The notes beneath the pieces are model-generated. The model searched no databases. It had not been told where the DNA came from and saw only the letters and a program-made list of their open reading frames with translations. The position numbers and the translations under genes are program-made. From the human T2T-CHM13v2.0 reference genome, Homo sapiens, in assembly GCF_009914755.1 (NCBI RefSeq), contig NC_060928.1: 64,000 nucleotides of DNA. The stretch is one strand, 5' to 3'. Below, piece by piece: positions 15,116-28,254 of this stretch. The first letter of the stretch is position 1, and each line of letters begins with the position of its first letter.

Positions 15116-15855
15116 AGTAAATTATTCACTTTTAAATGATCATTGATTCATATTTAGAAAACACTCAATTTTGATATTTCAAATAGTAATCAAATATTAC
15201 ATGTGTTTTTATAATTACTTCATATTGACAATGTTGAAATTTACTTGAGCCCTCTCCTCCTGAAAACAATAGTGATTCAGAAACTCCCACCCTTTTGAGT
15301 TCCAGGATATAGTTTACTAAAAAGAATGGCCCTTCTCCATATGACTTAACTAAGGCTTGTGGATGATACCCTTGTTTACCTGTGTAAAGGCCAGACATAG
15401 ACCCTTCAAATTCCCATTATTTGGCTCATTAATATTTAGCTGAGCTGTTTGTCCCCTAGCCAATCTGCAAAGAATGCCCTCTAACTTGACTGAAGTTTAG
15501 TTAGGCTTCTCTCCTTGACTGGAGACCTTGGAACCTTGACTCTCTCCTGAGATTAAACAAGCTCTGAAACACAGAAAAACTCCATAATGGCTCCACCTGA
15601 GAGTCATATGTCTGCAGAGAAAAACCTTCCTTAATCAAAACTCACACCATCTGCTCTTCCATTCCCCCATACCTGGTCTTTCTAGCATCAACTATTCCTC
15701 CCTATAAAAGGAAAGCCCCTTCTTTCTGACCTGCAAGGTACTTGTAGCTCTAATGGTCAGAGTATTTCCCCTGTGGTAGTAGTCTTTGGAATGAAGTCTT
15801 TCTTTTTTTTTTTTTCTTTAACCTAAGCCTGAGTTTGTTTCGTTTGACAGTTTTC

Positions 15856-15873
15856 TGGTATTGTGACTTGGGT
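15856..15873 (+). other. Decayed retroviral primer-binding site complementary to tRNA-His
   Basis: tggtattgtgacttgggt vs canonical TGGTGCCGTGACTCGGAT, 6 nt after the LTR end. All differences are transitions. Confidence 0.7.
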
Positions 15874-17111
15874 GGAGTGCTGACTTCCTGGGATCCCACT
15901 TTCTTCTCCTAGGTATTTGTGCCAGCTTCTTGGATCTTTTGTATTTTTACCTGGCTAGGGAAATCAGGGTCCCTGGTGGTGAGTCTCACCTCCTAATCCA
16001 GTACTGCAGTTGTACTTACTGTAGAAGCTCAGTAAGGAGTTGATGTTACTTTTTTCAGGCAGAGAGTTTTCTTTGACCCTCCTGTGAGACCTTTTATGTC
16101 TTTCCTTTGTTCCTATAGTGAGGATTGAGCAAGGTTATTTCCTTGGCTCTTCTAGTGAGGATTGCACTGGGGAATGGGAGTTGAGCTTTGGCTGCTAGGA
16201 TGGGGACCCTGCAAGGGAATATTTCAGTGGTACTTTTTCCCAGTTTTTAAAGATCTTATCTCTTATTTAATTATCTTAATCCCATGGGTAATTTTTAATC
16301 AATTGGCACCATCTCTCTTCTTCTGCAACAAGTTATGTGCTTCACTAGTAAGGCACTGATTCAGTTCAATATATTCAAAAATGCAATATTTCATTAAAAA
16401 AAAAAACTTAGGACTTCAATGACCTCTTGGGAAACGGGATCATGCCACACTGGCTCCTCTAAGACTTCCCTCTTATAATCACCCTTACTTCCCCTTTCTT
16501 CTCTTTACCACTTTGGACCTCTGTTTACCTCCCTTGAATCCTTGATCTGACTCCTTGAACACCCTACCTTCTCCACTTCTCTATCCAAACTTCCCAGACC
16601 TGTGATCTCCCATTCTGGCCCATCACGTCATCTCTATGGCCACTCAAGCTTCAGGCTCCCTCCCCACCCTGGCCTCATGAGGAGGTCAGGAACCCTGAGA
16701 TGGACCCCCTGAGACTTAAAGGGCTAATTGGAGACATGCTGAATCTCTTTTCCACTCAGATGGGCTTTCGAGATACCCCAATGGCCACTTGTTTTCTCCT
16801 CAGTCTCTCAGCCAAAACTGAGTTCACATCCTTCGTCAGATTACACATCAAGGCAAAGAAAATCTTAAAAATCTGATCCATGCATATTGGTGAAGACACT
16901 TTATCCTTCACTTTGACCAGGTAACCTCAATTTGTTCTGTCTGATAAAAACACAATCTTAGTAAAAATATAAAGGTGGAGGAAGGAGGAGGGCCAGATCT
17001 GTTATATGAAGCAGAAAGATTTGTTTTTCTGTTTTTATCCATGATTCCTATCTACAATTTTACAATTGAAGCTCTATGCTATTTGTGTCTGTCTGGATGC
17101 TTATAAATGTA

Positions 17112-17487
17112 TGTGTGTATTTTTGTATGTATTTTATATGTGTGTGACATTTTATCAGCCTCGGATGTTATTACCAAAGTATTGAATTTAAAAAAATTTT
17201 AAGGAGCTCTATTCCTATTGGCTTAGTAATAAATAAGCACTTAAATAAATTAAATCTTCCTATAATTTCAAGAGATTAAGAAAATCAAACTTTCAACACT
17301 TGTGTGTATTTTTGTGTGTATGTTATATGCATGTAATATTTTCCTACCCTCAGATGTTATTACCAAATTATTGTATTTAAAAATTTTAAAGGAACTCTAT
17401 TCTTATTGACTTAGTGATAAATAAGCATTTATGAATTAAATCTTTCTATAGTTCCCAGATACTAAGAAAATTGAACTTTTAATACTT
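17112..17487 (+). repeat. Two diverged tandem copies of a ~189-bp unit in the proviral internal region
   Basis: Copies start at 17112 and 17301. Both read tgtgtgtatttttgt...gatgttattaccaaa...ctctattc.tattg.cttagt.ataaataagca...taagaaaat..aacttt.aa.act. Confidence 0.9.
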
Positions 17488-17677
17488 TCAAAAGTATTTT
17501 ATAGAAACTAATTCAAAATATTTTAACTTCACATACTTTTTGCCATTTATTTTTATGGTAGTTAGTAGTGATATAGATAGCTAGAGGTTTGATCTGTGTT
17601 TTAATAAATATGTTCACTTTTACTAAATTGAGAAGTTATACTATAAGGAAGCATATGGCTATAAAAAGATGTGAGAT

Positions 17678-17904
17678 CTCATAAGCAGGAATTGAACAAT
17701 GAGAACACATGGACACAGGGAGGGGAACATCACACACCAGGGCCTGTCAGGGGGTGGCGGTTAGGGGAGGGAGAGCATTAGATGATGAGTTGATGGGTGC
17801 AGCAAACCAACACGGCACATGTATACCGATGTAACAAACCTGCACGTTCTGCATATGTATCCCAGAACTTAAAGTATAATAATAAAAAACTGAAAATAAA
17901 AAAG
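17678..17904 (+). mobile_element. 5'-truncated L1PA 3' UTR fragment (L1PA7/8-like)
   Basis: gaacaatgagaacacatggacacagggaggggaacatcacacacc...gtaacaaacctgcacgttctgcatatgtatcccagaacttaaagtataataataaaaaa. Confidence 0.93.
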
Positions 17905-20352
17905 TAATAGTGACTTCACAATTCTGTTGAAAAGATGAGTGATGATGCTGTTTAATGAGATGCTTATTATAAGAGACACTCATAAATAATTTTTAATATT
18001 CACAAGAAAAGCTGTGAGATGTGTATTTGTAAGATCTGCTTATCAGCTACAGAATATTTGTGCTGGGAAAGACAATTCACAATTCTTTATAGTTTCATCT
18101 GTAGAATAAAAGTTATTGTAGTTAAAAGTTGTAACCAACAATGTATTAAATAAGAACCTATTGGGAGAAATAATGACAGAAAGGAAAATCATTAGCATGC
18201 AAAGCATAAAGTATTTGTTTTTGTTAAGAAAAAGAGTAGCTTTGTCTTAAAGTAAAATGACTGCTTCTTCCAGAAGGAGAAAGAGGAAAGTATAGGTCAA
18301 AATTTGAATGAATATAGAAAGTTGTAGAACGTTTATAGAAAATGAATTTTATCTGTTGTGGTCAAAGCTAGCTAAGATTTCATGGGTTTATGTATAAAAA
18401 AAGAACTTTAGTATCAAATATACTGATACAAAACTAGTAGTTGTATTTAGCTCTGTTAAAATGACAAGAGCTTGTTCGATTATTGGTCTACCCTTAGTAA
18501 GAGTTTACAGAATGTTTTTCTTTAACTTCTGGGTAATCTACCTAGAGGGCGAAAATTCTGACTTTTATCAGAAAAATTTATTCTGCTTTTGTTCACTTTT
18601 TTAATCCTTGAATATTTTAGAAGATCATCTGTTTACCTTTGAAAGAACTAAGGCTCTTTACAATCATGTTACATTTTTCGCTAGCTTTTAAAATCTTTTG
18701 TTGACTCTTTGATTAAATAGGTAGCCAAGTATTTTGTTAGTCCAGAATCCAATTTAATCAAGTTTTCATACCTTCTTACAACTTTCGATATTTTCGCTTT
18801 CTCAAATCAAATTCTAAGTGATATCTTTTGCAGATAAAATTGTCTTTGAGAGTTCCCAGAATGCCCTAGGAATCAGAAATGAGTTGTTCTTTTACCTCTT
18901 AAAAAGAAAGGTGCTACAAATAATTCAGATTACTTGACATAAGTTGCAAGGGAGCTATTATCCAATCAGACGAGATGGTAAGCATTCCCTTGGTTAAATT
19001 TATTGTATGGAGAAAACATTATTAAAATAAGTATTTCAGAAATTGTATGAAGTTCCTCAAGACTTACTGATGCCCTTGCCATCGATGATATATTTCTATT
19101 TTTCAGAATCCTGGTGCTGCTTTGCTTGATGTTATACGACAATATAGTGTTATCATTCATACTTGCAGTTATTTATGTTAATTTGGTCTTAGTTTCACTT
19201 CTTCAATTTGAAACCAGTGTATTCTGGGCTAATAGTTTTCAACTGGGTATTCGGGTTACTTACCTGTGTCATTTAAAAAAATATATAGATATTTAGGACC
19301 TACTTCAAACTTACTAAATCTCTTTGTTTGGAAATATTGAAGTATTCTTTATATATTCTAGCTATAGATATTCATAATGTGTCTCATAATTGTTAGACAT
19401 TGTATTTGAAGATGTTTTTCTCTGTTAAGAATATATTCATTTTTATAAGTTAGATGTAATATTCACTTTAATTTGAAAATATAGTTGATTATTATGTTTA
19501 TAGGTATTTTGTCTAAAACTATTTTGGATTGACTTTATTTCACACACATGCCTCAAAAAAAAATTCTGGTCAGTTGCATTATTTTTTAAAGAACTTTCAA
19601 TAAATTTTCTACTTCTAAAAATTATCGAAGTTAACCATAACAATTTTTCAGTTTTGTGACACTATAGAAGGATTTTGGTTTTAGTCTGATGCTTACCTTA
19701 AAGTGCTTGCAAATCAGATACCTGTCAGAGTGCTTCATTTTTAACAAAGAAAATTGCTGCAGAGACTCATGGAAAGGAATTTTGCCAGGTACTCCCAGAC
19801 ATAAGGTTCTTATGGCATTATTTAAACAACTTTAAGACCACACCATTGGACTGAGTCAGGATTTCCAGAATTATAGTGGAGAAGCAGATGGACATATGGG
19901 ATTGCTAACTGAAGACTGAGTGGAATAAGACTTAAGTACACAGAATTGAATTAAATGATGAAGGATGATTATAGATTTTGTCTGGAATATTGCCAATATT
20001 TTAGTGTCCTATGTTCTGTATATAAAAAATATTTTTTTGTTTTCTCAAGTTATGTATATAACTCATGACATTTGTAGACTATGCTTTTGTACACAGAAAC
20101 AAAACAAAACAAAACATTTGTCTTTTCTCCATGACCAACCCCTCCAGAATTCATAAACTTTTTTTTTTGTCCAATTTCATTATTTGCAGAGATGCTTGTC
20201 AAACAGAGATGATTGGAAACACTGGTTCTATAATCACGGCTTTGTCTGGAAGGCCGTATTGGAGAATGTTGCTTATCTAATCAGATATGAACAGTTTGAA
20301 GGAAATACGGTTCATTTTTTTCTTTAAACGGAGCCAAGGTTTACAAAGCTCT

Positions 20353-20755
20353 TGTATGAGTCAGGGTTCTCTAGAGGGACAGAACTAATAGGATATAGGG
20401 GGTTTATTAAGTATTAACTTACATGATCACAAGGTCCCACAATAGGCCGTCTGCAGGCTGAGGAGCAAGGAGAGCCAGTCCAAGTCCCAATGTTCAAGGG
20501 CAGGAAGGATCCAGCACAGGAGAAAGTTATACGCCAGGAGGCTAAGCCAGTCTTGCCTTTCCACATTTTTCTGCCTGCTTTATATTCACTGACAGCTGTT
20601 TAGATTGTGCCCACCAGATTAAGGGTGGGTCTGCCTTTCCCAGCCCACTGACTCAAATGTTCATCTCTTTTGGCAATACCCTCACAGACACACCCAGAAT
20701 CAATACTTCATATCCATCAGTCCAATCAAGTTGACATTCATTATTAACCATCACA
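20353..20755 (-). mobile_element. MLT2A (HERV-L) solo LTR nested in the ERV1 provirus
   Basis: tgtatgagtcagggttctctagagggacagaactaatagga...gttgacattcattattaaccatcaca, with a perfect 5-bp TSD gctct (20348-20352, 20756-20760). Confidence 0.92.
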
Positions 20756-23240
20756 GCTCTCTTCAGAAAATCAGCCTGAAAGTTGTCTTACAATGTTCCC
20801 AGTTCTACAGATGAGTAAGAATGATAACTTCTTGCAAAACCTAGGAATCTTAGGCTATTTTGATGACTTCGGGAATAGAGGAATTCATCCAAATTTATAG
20901 CTACTGCAGGTGAAATCTAATGGCAAATTATTGGCTTAGTCCTAACCTTAAGAAGCTTTTAAAAGTCTAATCTGAGATTCCTTATAAGAATTTCCAACAA
21001 TGCAAACTTCAAAAGGCTTATATAGGAAATTCTTTTTGTTGAACTTACGTAAATAATCACATCAATTCAGAGACAGGCCTTATTTTGCGATCGAGAAAAA
21101 TCTTTCTGTAAGATTATATTTGGTCGGAAAGAAAGGGTGATTGTAGAGAGGCATTTTATGTTTTAATAGAAAACTAGAGCTTATAATACTGGGTAATCAT
21201 ATTCTGGCCCTGTTCACTGTCTTTAGGCTATTTTTCCAGCTTTTTGTAAATTGCAAGTAACTGATATGCAAACTCTGTTTCATAGAGATTCAGTTGACTT
21301 TTTCTACTGTGAAAAAAACAATTTTGTTACCTACTTATAATTTGGATTAGATAGTGTCACTTGTATAAATTGGCAACCATTATCAAATTCCCAATTATGT
21401 CAGTTCTCTTCAATATCTCGTTAAAACCAAACTAATGCTTCCAATATTTCTCCCCCACTCCCAGCTTGTCCTTACATGAAACTAAACCCTGAATGCGCAT
21501 ATTTGTAATGGCCCCTGCAGATAACAACTGACTATGAAAAAAAAATCCCTCTACTCCACACATAATTCTTTTCAGACTTGTTTACTTGTTCTTATTAAAA
21601 AGTCCTTTCGCTCTCACTTTTGAGACTCTTGTAAATTTTGAGATCAGAACATTCTCCCTATTGCAATGATCCCTGGTCCCCCCCAATTGCAATAGTCTTT
21701 TTGAATAAAGTCTCTCCTTACCCAAGTCTGTATTTATTTTCTGACACTCTCTTCTAGTATGTTACTTTTACCCAGAAGTATCTTTTCTTTCACTCTCCTA
21801 TAGTTGAAATCCTCCACATTTAAAACTTAAATCAAAAGACGCATTATCTCTGAATATTGTCCCTAGCTGGTAGTCAGAATTAATTGCAAGGTATTTTATT
21901 TGAACTTTTATTCATCACTTATTCATCCTCTCTTTATAAGAATGGTTTACCAAATTTTGTCTCAAATTAAATTTTGAGTCACTTAAAAGCAAGCAATCTA
22001 TATTATTCACTTTCTTTTTTTACAGTCCCTTGAAAAGAATAAATACTCTATGTGTGTCTTTTTTATTTTTTTAATATAGAGTTACCACACTTTTACTATC
22101 CCGTAGCAAAGGTGGTATTTTAGGCATATTCTGAGTCATGTTTATTCACTAATTATATATATTTGAAAAAATAATGTTTTCACTCTACAGAACATTAAGC
22201 AGAAATTATAGAAGTTATCTTATAATCCCTCATGTAGGTGCCCTTCCACTTTACCTCAATATGTTCACATTAGTTTTGCCATTTAACATACAAAGATTGT
22301 TTAGAATTTCAAATTGTGTACATAAGATTTTAATTACTTGACTCCAGTCAATTTTTAAATTATATTCTAGTTAACACAAAGTACGTAATTTTAAACCATA
22401 ATACAGTATGTGTACATAGACATTTCTTGGTCTTTCCATGCCCCTTTATATTACGTGCTATGATAGAGTAAGAGAATAAACAACTGGCTTAGACTGAGTT
22501 CATGTCTATAACGATCACATCATTTTCTAAGATGTGCTTTGAAAAGCTTCTTATTCCTTTTTCTTGTGTTCCTTATATTTGCTGGCAATAGTTTTCCTTC
22601 TATTTGTAGTTTCAGCACCATGCCTAATTATGAGAGTTATTGTTTCAGACTTTAGTTGGTTTCGCTGGTAAACCCACCATGGTTTACAGTTACCAAACAA
22701 CAAAATCCCTGCCGTGTTCCCATATGCTTGATCATTTATTTTCTGAAAGAATACAGTAGTAGGCAGGAATGGGATTAAAGGGAGTAGTTGCAAAATAAGC
22801 AAAGAAATCACAGGTTATATCCTGTTTAGGCATAGTCCGAACACCAAGAATATTTGACCTAGCTCTTATGCTGTATAATTGAGTGGTCAGGCAAGTTGCT
22901 ATAACAAAGAGGCACCAAACTTGGTAGTAAAAACAGTATAAAAACATTCATCTTGTACATAAAGAACAGAAGTAGTAGGTCCAGATTTGATAGGGAGACT
23001 TCCATCTTTGTTCAGGTATCTATTTCATGGGCAGCTATTTTACACCATCTTTAGGCCACTGGATATTAAAAGAAGAGTTAGAAAAGCACACAAGTTCTTC
23101 TGAAGGCATACCTTACAAGTGGATATCACTTCTCATATCCCATTAGGCAGAAAATATATATGTTTATAGCAAAACTGCATAGGAGGCTTGGAATTGTAGT
23201 CTCTAGCCAAGCCCATTTCTGTCATTAGAAAGGGGAAAGA

Positions 23241-23541
23241 GGCCGGGCGTGGTGGCTCACCCCTGTAATCCCAGCACTTTGGGAGGCTGAGGAGGGTGGA
23301 TCACGACGTCAGGAGATGGAGACCATCCTGGCTAACATGGTGAAACCCTGACTCTACTAAAAATACAAAAAAAAAAAAAAAAAACTTAGCCGGGCGTGGT
23401 GGTGGGTGCCTGTAGTCCCAGCTACTCGGGAGGCTGAGGCAGGAGAATGGCGTGAACCCAGGAGGCAGAGCTTGCAGTGAGCCGAGATCGCTCACACGCA
23501 CTGCACTCCAGCCTGGGCAACTGAGCAAGACTCCGTCTCAA

Positions 23542-23568
<27 letters not shown>
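23241..23568 (+). mobile_element. AluY
   Basis: Full Alu with gagaatggcgtgaaccc and gagcttgcagtgagcc. TSD agaaaggggaaaga (23227-23240) / agaaagggtaaaga (23569-23582). Confidence 0.95.
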
Positions 23569-23573
<5 letters not shown>

Positions 23574-23952
23574 GGGTAAAGATAAATATTAGTAGGCAAT
23601 TATGAATCTCTGTTCCTCAAGCCAAAACAGAGAGACAAAGAACTTGTGATTTAAATCAGTATGGAAGAGTTATGCCTACAAATAATCTATTCAGCATACA
23701 ATTCAGCTGTGGATCCATGGGAAAAGAAAGGGGTACAGAAAGGTAAGATGTGCAATAGAGGAGGAATATCTTAATCTGCTTTGCTCTGATTATTTGACTA
23801 TTCAGAAAGGCTTGTGAAAATATACAGACTAGGTTAATTATCTTGGAAGTGGGTGATTTAAGGACATACACACACATGTTTGCACAAGTGCACACACAAT
23901 ACATGCTCATTACTTTTCTGGTTTTATACTTCATTTCTGATTATATATACAG

Positions 23953-24035
23953 GCTTCCATCAGCTCCCAGAGATTTAGAACTTCAAACTGAGACAGGATT
24001 ATACAGAATTTATTTTACTGAAAGACGAAACTATG
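23953..24035 (+). other. Candidate 83-nt internal exon in unique sequence
   Basis: Acceptor ttttatacttcatttctgattatatatacAG| and donor ATG|GTAAGC. One frame is open (LPSAPRDLELQTETGLYRIYFTERRNY). Prediction only. Confidence 0.35.
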
Positions 24036-25612
24036 GTAAGCTTGCGTAAAGATAGTTTATTCTTTTAAGTTTGCAAAATCCCACCAGAAATATGGAGATC
24101 AAAGTTTGCATTAAAGGTAAGATAGAACAATAATAATCTAATTTCTTATTAAAACTGAGCACCAAAGTCCAAAAACTATGCTATTAATTAACATTGTGGC
24201 TGTGATATCCATTGAGGTAATATCTTCCCTTTAGCTTTATTATTCTATCATAAAATATTGAACTTACATAAATATCTTCAGACCTCAACAATTTCAATAT
24301 AATATGCTCGAATTTTCCCCAAAATCTAACTAAACTCAAGTGTTAGCCATTAAAACTAAAATTATACTCAGTTGTTCTTTCATTTTATGTGACCTATTTC
24401 AGTAATGATTACAACTCACCATTCTTCTTGTCTTCTTGAATACACCTATTAAAGATTACATCAATGAAATGTCAAAATAATCCATTTGGTTATGAGATAA
24501 AATAAGCTTGAAGAAGTTATTGAAAGCGTATGAACAAATGTTTAACTTTCTACGTATTATTTTGAAGTTCTCTGGAGTATACATACAAATACTCTTAAAT
24601 TTTCAAAACTTTAAAATAATAAGCAAGTCAGGAGACTTCTGATACTTGATAAAATAGTGACTAGCACATGCTTTTGGTTTTCTCCCATATAGTCTACTCC
24701 AGAGAAATCACAGAAGCAATACAGAGAATAGATTTGAAGAATTAATACTAAAAAGTGGGAAACCTGGGAGATCAAAGGCTTCTGTGAATTAGCGCATGTA
24801 AAAGAGAGAGAGAGCAGAGACAGAAGAGCTAGCATGTGGGTTAGCAGTGTCCTGGGAGAAAGGTGTATTGCAGTGTAAGACTGAAGTGGGAGAAAATTTT
24901 AAAATTCTAACCTTAGAACATGATCTTGGTAATGCCATTGCTTGTCATTACCACATTAATATATAGCAACATCCTAAGCATTGACCCTGATGGCCTGAAT
25001 TGCTGCTGGAGCAAGGTGGCAAGTTAATTGATTCATGTCTACCTTCTTCAAATTCAAGAGTTGGTGACACGGCATTTAGAAAAATAAGTATTCAGAAAAG
25101 CCTTCTTATCTAAGAGTATTTTTTAGAAGAAATTACTAACCATCTACCAGGATCCATTCAAAGTTTCTTTAATTATTATTATTTAATTATTTAAGTATTA
25201 TTTAGGCTCTATTGAGCCTAAATTTTAGTAGTGCACAAGTCTTCCCTAATAGATAATGTATTTCTAAGCTTTCTTTGGAACTAAGTGTGCCTATATGATG
25301 CAATTCTGGTCAATGGAATAAGTGCAAATTATGTTTACAACTTCTAGATTAAGCCTTTGAAAAGAAAAAAATTCTATTTTACTTTCTTTTTAGCATATAC
25401 ATGACAACATCTATAGCAACAAACTTGGACCCAGGAACACTTTTGATCCAGATTCTTTTAATTACTTTTTGGCGAAGAAATATCCTAAGACTTGCCAACC
25501 CTGAACAACTACCTTTGAAACTATTGAAAGAAAGGACAATAAAATTCCACTGAATTTATGTCATCATAACAATGGGTCCCCTTGATACAGAAATTTAACC
25601 CCAGACCATAAG

Positions 25613-26031
25613 TGCTATGGTTTGAATATGGTTGGTTTGTCCTCACCTAAATTCATGTTGAAATTTGATTCCCAAAGTGTTAGTTTTGGGAGACAGAGCC
25701 TAGTGAAAGGTATTTGGGTCATGGGAGAGGATCCCTCATTAATGATGTGATGCTATGTGATAGTGAGGTCTCACTCCAGCAAGACTGGGTTAATTCTACA
25801 GAAATAGGTTAGTTGTTATAACGCAAGGCTTCTTTTCCTGTTTGGACCCTCTGCACATGTATCTGCTTCCCCTTTGACCTCCACCATGCAATGACCCAGC
25901 ACTGAAGTGAAAGCTAGAAACAACGCCTGAACTTCTAAGTCTGCAGAACCATGAGCTAAATAAACCTCTTTTCCTTATAAATTACCCAGCCTCAGGTATC
26001 CTGTTACAGTAACACAAAGCAGACTAAGACA
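25613..26031 (+). mobile_element. MST-family solo LTR (MSTB/MSTC-like)
   Basis: tgctatggtttgaatatggttggtttgtcc...aataaacctcttttccttataaattacccagcctcaggtatcctgttacagtaacacaaagcagactaagaca. Confidence 0.85.
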
Positions 26032-26199
26032 GAAAAAGTAGCTCAGAATATAAAGAGGAATCCAGTACCAGAGTACTCAGATAGAATGCCAAGGCATGGC
26101 ATTCTAAATCAAAAGTTTTCTAAGGTTAAGGGTCTTGATTCTGAGTTCATTTCCTAAATATCACTTTGTTTCGCCAAGAAGGACACAATAAGGACCCAC

Positions 26200-27830
26200 T
26201 TCCTATGAAACAATTACCAGAAGAAGTGTAGATGATACCACCAGGTCAGGATAAATGCACAAGACAAAATAACCTGATATCTGAGCAGTAAACTCATTAT
26301 AAAGAAACATAACAAATGAATGTAACACACAAAGCTATACTTTTGTAACAGACAGAATAAGAATTTAAACTAATTATAATAAATTTCATGGAAGTTTATT
26401 ATGAAAGAATAGAAGGTAATTTTAAAAACAGAAAAGAAATGATGAAGTAAAAAATGTATGATGGATGAGATAAAATCTGGTTAGAAACAGTTGAAGAATG
26501 AACAAGTGATATGGAAAATTATATTTAGAAACTTTGCAGAAGGCAACTGGAAAATATGGAGATGAAGGGTTAGAAATTGGGGGAAATAAAGTAGAATTGC
26601 CAGCATTTGGACACAGAATGCCAAAATAGTGCAAATATCTGAGGAAGTAGTAATAATAAGCACATAAAATTAATGGAGTTTAACATCTCATAGTAAAAGG
26701 ACATATAATGCCAAACATTCATGTTAGAGCAAATCTATACCTACACGTGTTGCATTGAAATTTAAGTTTGTCAAGGTACAAGGAGCAAATTCTAGAAATT
26801 TCCAAAGTGGGAGAATTTTTGCAAATGTTTTTCAAAAACAGAAAAAAAAGCTAAAGATAGTAATTTATTTTATGAAACATAATCTCAGACAAGATCGACA
26901 ATACAATAAAGAAAACTATAGGTTCAAGCAATACTTAAGTGAATCCAACAGTGTATTAAAACTAATGTATCATAATATAAAATTTATCACAAGAAGGCAC
27001 TGATGATTCAACGTAAAAATCAGGCATTATAATTGATCACATTAATAGACTAAAATACAAATGTATGATTATTAACAGATGTAGACAAAACATTTGATAA
27101 AATTAATACTTGAAAATAGTTAACAAACAATAAGGAGATATTTCTAATATGGCAAAAGTTATTTGTCAAATACCTATTTAAATACATTCCATTTAGTACC
27201 AAGAAGAGGGTAGGGAATTTCATTATCATCACCACTCTTTAAGGTCATATTGGACGCCCAGGCTATGCTGTAAAATAATGGAAGGAAGGAGGGGGTGGGT
27301 GGGTAGATAATGAGAAAAAAAAGAAGAAAAGAAAGAAAGGAAATAATTAAAATATAAAGTTTTAAAGGAATTAGATTAAAATATTATTTGCAAATGATAT
27401 CTACATAAAAATGATAGCATCAGAATTTACTAGAATTAGTAAGATAGTTGATTGTCTACTAGACTCAAAATGAGCATAAAAAATTAGCATTTCTTCTATA
27501 TGGACAATAAGCTACTAGAAAATATATTTATATGATAAAAACATAAAAGTCTACATTTCTATAAAATTTCTATAAAATAGGAATTTATAGGGAAATAATC
27601 TGCTATAGCTCAATGGACTCAAAGAAAGTAATTAAATACAAGCTTTGAGTTAAAAAAATTCAAGATTCTTGTATTGAACAACTTAACGTTATATTGATGG
27701 AAAATTTCTGAAAATTAATTTGTAAGTTTATGCAATCCAAATCAAAACCCCTACTCTGTTTTTTGAAGAATTTGATTAATTTATTTTTAAAATAAAGTCT
27801 TAGAAATAGCTATCAAAAAAGCATAGAAAG
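26200..27830 (+). mobile_element. Highly degraded old L1 (L1M/L1ME) ORF1/ORF2 fragments
   Basis: A-rich, with L1 ORF2 motifs (atgattattaacagatgtagacaaaacatttgataaaatt; attatttgcaaatgatatctacataaaa; tatgcaatccaaatcaaaaccc). Confidence 0.65.
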
Positions 27831-28254
27831 GGATTTTTGTACATAGTATTATATAATATATTGCGCCCAGCAGAAAAATGTAATCTAACTGAGAATTCAG
27901 CATCAGACAGGTATGTGTCTGATGCACTGGAAAGACTATGTCCAATAGGTGTGACCTGGACAAAACTATACATTTTAGTCTCAGTATAAATTTACTGTAA
28001 TTTTTATTTCTGTCTGAACTATTCAAAAATTTCTCATTTTTTCCAAATAACCAGAATTTGTTAAAACTTGGCTGTCTGATTATACTCATGAAACATATAC
28101 TCATTTGACACGTCTCGCATTCCTCGTTGTATTAATTCACATATTTATTTATTCAATAAGTATGCCTCAGTGGAAATTCTTGGACTTGCAAGTTCAAATA
28201 GGACCAAAGAGGAATATCATAATATAGAACTAAGATGAAATCCTCATAATTGTG

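Larger units (their letters stand above)
15232..21746 (+). mobile_element. ERV1 MER4-group provirus (MER67-like LTRs): 5' LTR, non-coding internal region, partial 3' LTR
   Basis: 5' LTR tgttgaaatttacttgagccc...tttgaca (15232-15849), then a primer binding site and an AT-rich MER4-group-like internal region. A 3' LTR remnant at ~21540-21746 ends aatagtctttttgaataaagtctctccttacccaagtctgtatttattttctgaca, paralleling the 5' LTR end. Confidence 0.75.

Noticed and set aside
22551-22811. Minus-strand 86-aa ORF containing an acceptor-like ttctttcAG
   Set aside because: No recognisable homology, non-ATG start and no partner exons identified.
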